From the NCBI GenBank assembly GCA_002633005.1, contig NMRA01000156.1, forward strand, positions 646,488-710,487: a stretch of DNA of 64,000 bases, written 5' to 3'. Below are positions 54,961 to 64,000 of this stretch, in pieces. The notes beneath the pieces were generated by a model. The model had not been told where the DNA came from and made no database searches. It was given only the letters and a program-made list of their open reading frames with translations. Every line of letters starts with the position of its first letter. The stretch's first letter is position 1. This DNA comes from Phoronis australis (lineage: Eukaryota > Animalia > Phoronida). The position numbers were made by a program, and so were the translations under genes.

Positions 54961-57900
54961 AATGGAAGCTGATGACAATTGAAAAAAGGGGGATTGAAGC
55001 ACTTATTTTTGCCGGAAATTGGTTAGATTTTACCGTTACTCTAAAATGAAGCCGGAGGTCAGGGTTGTACAGCTGAATTACGAGCTGTGGGCTTGCTAAT
55101 CATTTTGCGCCATAGTTGTCACAATGTATAGGGTATGTAGTGGGGCACTGGTTTAGCTTAATCAGGTAAAGTTATTCTAGGGAAAATTGCTTGGAAGTAA
55201 CTCCTAGTGTGGGCATAACGCATTGCAGGAGCCAACATTGCAGGAGTCAACAGATTTAAGGGAACTCCATGGGAACACCAGGGAATGTGTTGGTAACATG
55301 GTTATGGGTCAATTGACCCCCCCGCAATGTCTCATGGGGGGGGCATTGCACAGAATTAAGCAATTACAGTAACTCAATGAAAAGTCTTATGTGCCAATGA
55401 AGCACGGCACGCTCCTAAAAGTATCTCTACACACTGACCCATACAGAATATGATACTAATATGAGTTTCAAAAACATTTAAAACCTATTTATGGTAAAAA
55501 CTACAGCAAAATTCTCCTGTTTGAAATGGTGAAATTTTTTGCTCAAGGACAGAGATGGTATCAAATTTTAGAAAACGGTAATGTTGACTTCCCAAATTCA
55601 AGTATTACAGTCAACGTCAAGCTATCATTAACACTATGTGGACACACGAACCATTGTATGAACAGCCACTTTCGACTATTTTATGAACTGCCGAGTCTAT
55701 TTTCAGTCTCTTAATACAAAATGATACCTGCGAACTATGACCAACGCCAAAATCCCCAATGTCCTAATCTTCAGAATCAAGAAAAACAATTTCAGTTTTG
55801 AATTTTGGTCCTCCAAATTTTAGAAAATGTCCCACATCGAAGAGGTTTTATGAAAACAAGGCTCCAAAACAAAATCCAAGGTTTGAGGAATCTACGCTCT
55901 AATCCCTGAGAACACCTTGTAAATAATCCTTTTTATAAAGGATTAAAGAGCACTTAGAAAGTCAAGAGCCTTGAAACACGATTGAGAAAACACCAAATTT
56001 AACACAGAACAATTCTCAAGAGTGGGACCTTCCCTAAAAGAAAAAAATTAAATCTTCTTGAGCACATGCTGTGCAATAGACAGTGTAGTGTATTTACAAA
56101 CTTTGTATCTGAGTGTTGAACAAAGTGAAAACCTATTTGCACTCCAATTTGTTTTTGTTTTGACAAGCAGGCAGCCCCCATGAGCCCTGTCAGCTGAGTG
56201 AAAGCTGGGATCAATATTGACCAACAAAGGGTGGAAATTTAATGTCTTTGTGCCCAATTGATTACTAGTAAAATTTTATGCTTCAACGATTAGGGACCAG
56301 ATAAATGAACACATCAATACCAATCTACAAACACAACATGCACACAAATACATGGGCACACACATATACCAGACATAAACTGAGCTTACTGAATAATCAA
56401 TTGTGTGATTTAATCTTGAACAATGTACGGAAATTGACATGTCTTCATTCGATCATTGTCTCTAGCTGGCTAAAAGTAATCAATTTCTCCATAAATCCAT
56501 CCCAAGAGCTAGCTGTGTAAATATGTTTCAACATCACCTATGGTTACAGCACAACACATTTGCCATGGGGCGGCCCTTTCCCTGGACAAAGTCCCATTCT
56601 GAACTTCGTTTCTGTGCATTTGCAATCAACTTCACTCGATTTGCGGTCACATGTTTCAAATTGCAGTACACATCCCATTTTCTAGGTAGGCCAGGTAAAA
56701 AATAAACATGTTTAGCATTCGTTGCTCATCTAAAAATTGCTGTGAGGGCACGTAAGTCAAAAGCCGACTTTCATTCTCCGTCACAAGAACTTTCGCAGCA
56801 AGGGTGAGCGTTTTACGTGATACTGTTTAAGTGACCTATTTTTTCATATATGTACATGAGCAATGCCCATGCTATAATTAACGAACAGTGCTATAACACA
56901 CATCGGGGTTGAAAAACTGACGTTTCGTACTCTCTGCGAGTACTTATACCGTTTGCAAATGCTTTTTTTTCTGAGCTTGAAAAAGAAATTTTTGAAATAC
57001 AAAGTTTAAATTTTTTTTGCCGCGGCACTTATGCTTGGGCAAGGCGATAAACGCGTTTATTTTGCCTAGTAACGATATCACAGCAATCTGCTATAATAAC
57101 AAATTCATGAACTCTTTGAAATTAGCATTTGTACCGAATAATCATGCAATTACCATTCAGGTCAGGGTCCTGGTGAATCGCAGAACTTTCAAGCAAGGCT
57201 GTGAGGAAATCTCCTTCCATAACTAAACTCTGAGATATTCAGAGGAACAGTATTATTGCATTAGATAATTAAACCTTCAGACCTGGCATGAGAAACCATG
57301 CTTGACACAATGTATACACTTATCACCCACAAGTCAACATTGTATCTGAACAGAGTGTCAGATATTCACACTACTACATTCATACATGATTTTGAAGGGA
57401 TTGCCAATAGCAGAATGTCACTAAATACGGGCCTTCTACGGTCACGGCCATGGCCAGCAGGCTGCAGAATTTTTAGCCGTTTGTTGTAGTTATTTTTCAG
57501 ATTTCTGTTCATTTCTTCATGGCCAGTGTCAATGCAGAAAGTGAATAAATAACAAAATACAGTTAAAATACAGAGCCCATTTTTCTAACTTATAGAAAAT
57601 AATTCAAGAAAATTAAATTTTTAGCACCGAATACAAGTTGCTGAGGTTATGTAGTGAACTTAGCTTACAACTGACGTTTCAGAAAGTTTGGGTGGACCCA
57701 ATGTAACATGGTTCATCCAGATTTTGAGGGTCGGGAAAAATTTTACCACAGGTCGCCTAAAACTTTCTGTGCGATTAAATGAACAAGACGTATTCCAGTA
57801 TGGTAAAATCCCCTATACGTCGATGCCCTTATACTTGAGAGCGCTACATTTTTATAACTTGCCAAGATACACATTAACTAACCTAATACAGTATTGCTGG

Positions 57901-58037
57901 CCATTTTGAGTTACACAACTCGTGTTGTTTTGATTTATTAATTATTCTGTATTTTCATGAAATGGTTTAGGTAGCCAATACTTCACCAACTTACAAAATG
58001 CTTATCTTACCAGGATTTTCTGTAGAAAAACCCATCC

Positions 58038-58148
58038 GCCCATGAGCATTTATTTGGAAAATTATGCCAAATACAAGCCCATGGGCGTTTATTTGGTGTT
58101 ACAACTTGTGGTGGCAAGTGTGTAGACAGTGGGGCGTTTATTTGGAAA
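58038..58148. repeat. Three copies of a GGGCGTTTATTTGG-like motif, probably an internal repeat of a DNA-transposon remnant
   Basis: GCCCATGAGCATTTATTTGGAAA, GCCCATGGGCGTTTATTTGG and GGGGCGTTTATTTGGAAA read directly. Confidence 0.55.
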
Positions 58149-59347
58149 TTTTCCTCTTAAAAGCCCACTCAGCATCGTTTTTGTCACAAATTCAGTTTTG
58201 CTGGTGCATTTATCACTTATAAAAACGAACAAGAAGCTGGCAAACTATGTGTTTACTAACAAAATTTAAAAACGCAGTTTTAAGGAAAAATGTTTACACG
58301 CCCACTTTTCTGAATAAACGCTGAATAAATGCCTATGAAATGTACAAACACTGCCACCATCTATTTGTATATTAATGCATGTAATAACCGTTTCTTCTGA
58401 TACAAACATCCTGCTGTACACTTTTCGACAAGATACGGTTCAGTTAAAGCTGCTGAAAACGTGTGTTAATATCTTAGTTCTAAACAAATTTTTCATTTAG
58501 ATCGTTTACCCTGTTACTGTTATAAATTTGGTCTCCACTTTTTCTTTATTCAAATTGCAATCATCCAAGCAAGGGATTGACAAAAGCAAGTAAATTCTCG
58601 AAAGTAGGAGTGGAAAAAGTAAAATACAGGTAAAAATTGACCTCGCTCATGCTAGCGTCGAGCAGACGTTAAGGCATTTTTTGGTAGTCACTTTTTACAA
58701 GCCCAAATCCAGGAATGTGCCAGACAAATATGCAACAATGTTCTGCTGTGTGGGTGCTATATGCAAAATAGTACAATTACCATATTGTTTTGTTTTGAAT
58801 CATGAATTCTGTCTAGACTTTTGGTAAAGTGTCTCAGTATGTGTTGGTCTTGCATTTGATCCCAAGGCAAAGGTATTGTTAGCAAACACAACTTTACTGA
58901 CATTCTTTACAAATCTTAAACACAACAGGGCAACCAAACGGACATTTCAGCAAAAAAATGCAGCTGGACCAATGTGTCACACTTGAAACACTGTAGACAA
59001 AGGTCACTGCACATAGTGCATAGTGGGGCGGAGTTAAGGGCACGCGACAACTGTCACTGTCACGTTTTACAACACGACCCGAACTCGACAACCTTGCGGT
59101 TTATAAAACGACAAACGCCATTCATACTCTGTATTCGTAACAAATTGTTGAAATAGATTAATGTACGAAGGAACAGCGTAGAATGTAACACTAGCCAGAA
59201 TATGTTTACATTGAATATAATTATGCAAAATGTAATCAAAACAATGAAACGTCAAACACACGTGTTGTAGACCGAGCGTGACCTAAAAAGAACGTCTGGA
59301 CTCAAAAGCCAATGGTTGTGGTCATTTTACACTAACTAAAGACTTAC

Positions 59348-59730
59348 CTAATCAGGTAATCTTCTTGACAAACCCTTGATTGCCTTGCACCTCTGTTTCG
59401 TCCAATGTTGGAGAAGTCCCGGGCAAAAATTGAACTTTGTCACGATTTAGAGAAATACACAAATAAAAATGGCGTGCTCAATCGATAACAACGTCAAGCA
59501 TTAAAACGTCTGTATAAAATTTGTTTGTTTCGGTTTTTAAATCAAGTCTTGAAATTAAAAAGATTGATAAACAAAGTCTGATACTACTGAACGTAGTAAA
59601 ATTAGGAAAAGAGCAAACAAATGTTTCAAAAGTTCACTATCACAGAAACACAACTGTGACTGTCAGCGTGCTTTGAACTAAATGAATGTGGGAAGCAGAT
59701 GATTGACATATTTATAATTGCTCCGCCCCC
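59348..59730 (-). promoter_or_regulatory. Candidate distal promoter and non-coding first exon (ending 59348) of the ELAV gene
   Basis: Consensus donor TAG|GTAAGT at 59347, YY1-type CGCCATTTT at 59466-59474, DRE WATCGATW at 59480-59487, GC box GGGGCGGAG at 59721-59729. Confidence 0.45.
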
Positions 59731-60316
59731 AAGTTCAGTGTGGGGTTGAATAGTGTACGGTATTTAACTCTAAAATAGGTCACCCGACTGAACTCCTTGG
59801 ACACAGTCAACCTGCAATTTTAAACATTCCAGGGCTTGACTGCGACAATTTATTTGTGCTGGATCCTTTGTTTCGGCGGATTTATCTATCCAGGACAACG
59901 TTCCAACGTTTAGCGCGAGATTCAATTTCGAATCGTTTAATTGGTGCACAATTAAGATACAGAAAATGTGAGCGAAGCGCTCGAAGAGTACCAGTTGACT
60001 GTTCATTTATAATTTAACTACAAAGCGACAAATAGGGCAAAGTAATCAACTGTTCCTGGGACTCTAACATGAAATCCGAGGCAAGTTCCGAAGAAGATTC
60101 AAGTCGCTGGGTAATATAAAACATAGCTAAAGAAAAGTAATGAATAAGACTTTATGTTAAGATATAAGGTGAACTTTATCCAAATATTATTTTGTAAATT
60201 TGTTCATAACCATCTCATTCCTCCAAATGTTTCTCTCAATAGTTTTGAAGGTATTTATTTATTTGTTTTCTGTTCTTCAATTATTAAATTAGAGAAAACG
60301 TCCCACAAAAATAAAC

Positions 60317-60338
60317 ATGGCGGACAAGAAGGAGTCGG
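60317..60338 (+). CDS. Possible first coding exon of a divergently transcribed gene (MADKKES)
   Basis: AAACATGGCG strong Kozak/YY1 context, 7 codons, then G|GTTTGT. No convincing second exon in the window; product unidentifiable. Confidence 0.3.
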
Positions 60339-60503
60339 GTTTGTTTATAGTTGCTTAGTGACTTTACTTTACTGATGCTGCTGTGCCGAACTGTAGTTTT
60401 GCATTTGTGTGGTGCACAAACAGAAACGAACAACTTAACATTAGTTTGCAACAATGTGTTCCTAACGTAGCTATAAAAGTTGAAAATGCAATCTGCCCCT
60501 GCC

Positions 60504-61128
60504 TAGACAGTGACCACCGTCTAGCTGGCCAGTAGTCAGTACTAGGCAGTAGGCCCTACTCTGTAGAGACGGTGAAGATCGTATAGGAGCTTCATACGCC
60601 GGAAACTTTTCGGCGAATTATACCTCACACTGATTAAAATATCAAAGTCACGCTGTTGCAAGTACCTTTTGCTCATAGAGGGACACTTTAGGAGGCCGTC
60701 TATGTCTTAAACTCCTTTCAACTTGAACAAATACTTCAATTGTCAAACTTTTTCTTTGAGCAGTCCTTCCTTCAGTTCCCAAAATCGGAAACTGGACTTT
60801 TTTCGCAGTGCATGCCAGGGGATATGACGTCATACCATCTGGCGTGCGCAGTGTTAAAAATGTCCAGTTTCCGATTTTGGGAACTGAATGAAAGACTGAG
60901 CACTCAAAGAAAAAGTTTGATAACGGAAGTATTTGTTCGAGATGGAATTAATTAAAGACGTCGACGACCTCCTAAGGTGTCCCTCTATGTGCAAAAGGTA
61001 CTTATAACAATGTCACTTTGATGTTTTAATCAGTGTGAGGCATAATTCACCGAAATGCTCCCGGTGTATGAAGTTCCTGTAGGAGCTTCACCGCCTGTTG
61101 TTCAACTAGAGACGGTGGTCACTGTCGA
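60504..61128. mobile_element. Foldback/Mutator-like non-autonomous element (whole-length palindrome)
   Basis: Arms of about 300 bp are imperfect reverse complements (60771-60797 pairs perfectly with 60862-60888; ends GACAGTGACCACCGTCT and AGACGGTGGTCACTGTC), centred on TATGACGTCATA. Flanked by the direct repeat GCCCCTGCC (60495-60503, 61129-61137). Confidence 0.9.
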
Positions 61129-62035
61129 GCCCCTGCCTTGCCTAGCTCATACAATTATTATGTCGAATTCGAATCATATTGAAAGTGGGTCACTCCACTT
61201 GACTTTTTTGAAAAAACTGAAGAATATGTTGCAGAGTAATTGAACACAGTGCTTGGTCATCAACTTTCAAGCCTTGCTAGCCTAAAGAAAAGCTAAGTAC
61301 CTTACGTGATCGCTAAAACCCCCACTATTTGATAAACTTTTGTGTGCTTTTTCAGTGACCTAGTTACGTGACATCGACAGAAATCAAAAAGTTCAAAATA
61401 ACGCACCAGCTTCAGTTGAAATAAAAGCAAAGGCATTGTTTCTCTTTATATTTTTTAAGTTGAATACATGATAAAACTACTTTTAATTCTTTGATTACAA
61501 TTAAGTTACAGATTAAAAGAATTAGAAAATGGTATCCCGGTGCTTGTGTCGAACTTGGGTCACGTGTGTCTGTTCCTTTGAAGTGAATGAGTTAGTCTCG
61601 TAGATTGCCGCTAGGAGAATGATGCAAGATTGGTTTAACCAGCTGCAAGGTTTCAGTCCCTGAAAATCTGTTGTGTTATTTTATTGTCGATTTTCATCCT
61701 CTATGCTTTGATTCTGGTTTTTAGTCAATTCTTGTGCATTTTAGACTATATTTTTCAAGTGATCCACATTCGACACACTTGACCCACTTGTGATACAATC
61801 GACCACCTCAGAATTATGGAATAATAAGTAATGTTAAACTGAAACTAATCTAGGTATGATGAGTATTCTCATAAAGAGGATGAAATTGTCTACAAAGTCA
61901 GCACATTTTAAATGTTTAAATTGGTAGAATAAACAAAGTTGCGCTAAAAGATTTCGTTGCACTTAGTGACTCGAATTTTACATAACGATTGTACTACACT
62001 ACTACTGACTGTAGTGTAGGCCTTGGCCTTTTAAG

Positions 62036-62293
62036 AGTGTGCCACCGTCTCGACTGGTCCCAACACTCATAGAAACAGTGGAGCTCCTATAGGGGCTTCA
62101 TATGCTGGAAGCTTTTCGGCGAATTATGTCTCATATTCATTAAAACATCAACGTTGCGTTGCTTTAAGTACCTTTTACGCATAGAGGGACACCTTGGGTC
62201 TTTAGGAGGTCATCGATATCTTTTTAATTCCTCCCGTAATCGAACTTTTTTCGAGCAGTCTTTTGTTGAGTTGCTCCAACTGCTGCATGCCAG
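62036..62293 (+). mobile_element. Single-arm diverged copy of the 60504-61128 foldback element
   Basis: Collinear with the left arm: CCACCGTCT, CTTTTCGGCGAATTAT, AAGTACCTTTT, CATAGAGGGACAC, TTTAGGAGG, GAGCAGTC, TGCATGCCAG. Confidence 0.85.
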
Positions 62294-64000
62294 TTTGATA
62301 ATTGGCCCAAATATGTTGTATAAACAGCAGAATTGATACAAAGCAGAATATGAGCAATGTGTTCAAAAGTTTTAGACTATGTAGTCTCATTTCTTGTCTG
62401 ATTTTCAAAATCTAACCACGTATACTTTTCAAGAACTATTCAATTAATGCCTTTTAAAAACTTTCAAAATGAAAATTTGAAAAGTACTATTTTGGCCCTA
62501 GTGTGTTTGTTATGGGTCTGATTATCCAGAGAACGATGTCCAGAGGCGATGTAATTGGCTACAACTGCATGGGGTCTTTGATCATTGCGGCAGATTTCAC
62601 GTTATGTTAACATGTCAAGTTGGCCAATCTCGACTAGTGAGGGCGTTAACATAGGATTCTTAGCTTTCCCTTGGTCTTGGGGCTTGGACTTGGTTGGTCT
62701 TTGTTTGTCTCAATGCTTTAACTAATTCTAGCAGCTCAACGATCACGGGACAACGAACAAAAACTTTTTAGTGCCACTAAGTTCATTTTATCAATTTAGA
62801 CAAATTGTATTGATCTTGTAGTAAACATCATCTTCTATTCCATTAGGTATCACCCATCACACGTTGAGTGATATCAATTAATGTTAGTCATTTTCCATAA
62901 TTCTCGAGCCATCTAATGCAACCATAACTTACTCCCCCAATGAAATTCCACTGCATTCTTTGGGCCTTTGGACAAGTTTGGGGGCAGTAAGATTACTCTG
63001 TTACGTAGTGGTGTACACAATACAAGTCGCCCAATTGTAGGTGTTACACAATATAGGTTAGAACATGTCAAAAAAAGGAGCAGCTTTTGCGTTTACATTG
63101 CATACGTCTTCTCTTTTAGTTAACCACTTTTTTGCTGTTCAAACGATGAGTAGTTAACCAATTAGCGCTGTTCAAACAATGAAATGGGTCAATTTTCAAC
63201 AGCGCAGTTAGTTTTCATAGTCAGGGAAAGAATGTTCACGAGCAGGCAGTGGCCATTTCCGGCAGCTCTCTCTGTTCCCTTATCCCCAAACGAAAGAAAC
63301 CGGTTACAGAAGTCCTGGCGCTGTGTAAAGTGGCTTCCGATAAAAGGTGCCAGTTGGGAAATGAGATGTAACACCTAATCGAGGTGTGGGTCATTTTATA
63401 AACCAGAATCGTTGAGGCCCCAAAAGTGACCAAAAACTGTCTGGATGATAGCATAACAAGAATGGATGAATTGCACTGTAATTGAAAACTGGCCGTAACT
63501 TGCGCTATTTTTTAGATTTACAGCTTCTAAAACCGAACTCGCTCCTCTAATGAAATGAGAAACTTGGCGCTATGGTCTAGTTATTTGTTTTCCATCCTGT
63601 TCAACTAAAATAGAAGAAACAAATACATGCAAGTCGGACTCTCAAGCAAAAAGCTAGTGCAAGGCTGTTTTTGGATGCTGCGGCAATTATCTATACGCCC
63701 TCATTTAGCTTTTACCAGAAGCAGATGACCAGATGACAAGAATTTTTTTTTTGTGAATGAGTACGATGAGGTACTATCATTGGCCAATTTCTTGTTGTCA
63801 GAGTTGCAAAAACTTAAGTATGGTTGGATGTGTTACAAGTTTCATTGTGAAAGGACCACAAGTGGAATTGTGGCAAATTGAAAAAGCGAGCTTCACTTAA
63901 ATTGTCAACTTTTTGCCCACATCGTTCATTGGCTGTGTTTTGATATCCAGACATACGTACACAGTTTAAGCTAGCTGGCTTAGCCTCCAGGCATTACTCA

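Noticed and set aside
63719-63770. Possible second exon of the plus-strand gene (DDKNFFFVNEYDE|GT)
   Set aside because: In frame only from the third of three nearby AGs, with a poor pyrimidine tract and a T10 homopolymer; peptide not recognisable.

Overview
AT-rich animal genomic DNA, probably from a protostome/lophotrochozoan-type invertebrate (inferred from the ELAV motifs). Almost the whole window is the 5' two-thirds of one large, minus-strand, intron-rich ELAV/Hu-family RNA-binding protein gene. Well-supported coding exons with matching splice phases lie at 21404-21698 (N-terminus and RRM1 start), 8326-8429 (rest of RRM1), 4858-5011 and 4347-4500 (two paralogous 154-nt exons for the linker and first half of RRM2) and 641-875 (rest of RRM2 and hinge). 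RRM3 lies beyond the left edge. The main discovery is the duplicated 154-nt exon pair, which must be spliced mutually exclusively: including both or skipping both gives a stop within 7 codons. It sits in a GC-rich intronic island of repeated motifs. The 21404-21698 exon has no Met before RRM1. Upstream I found several candidate phase-0 leader/initiator exons: two similar ones ending MDLIQ (24546-24593) and MEYIQ (29663-29734), MLYSNPWMVEFPK, a TATA-driven MQ exon, and a probable non-coding first exon near 59.4 kb in a possibly bidirectional promoter. The introns carry a PIF/Harbinger-like MITE, a 625-bp foldback element, a tRNA-derived SINE, dispersed repeats and mini/microsatellites. All calls were made by eye. 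Most ORFs in the supplied track are spurious.
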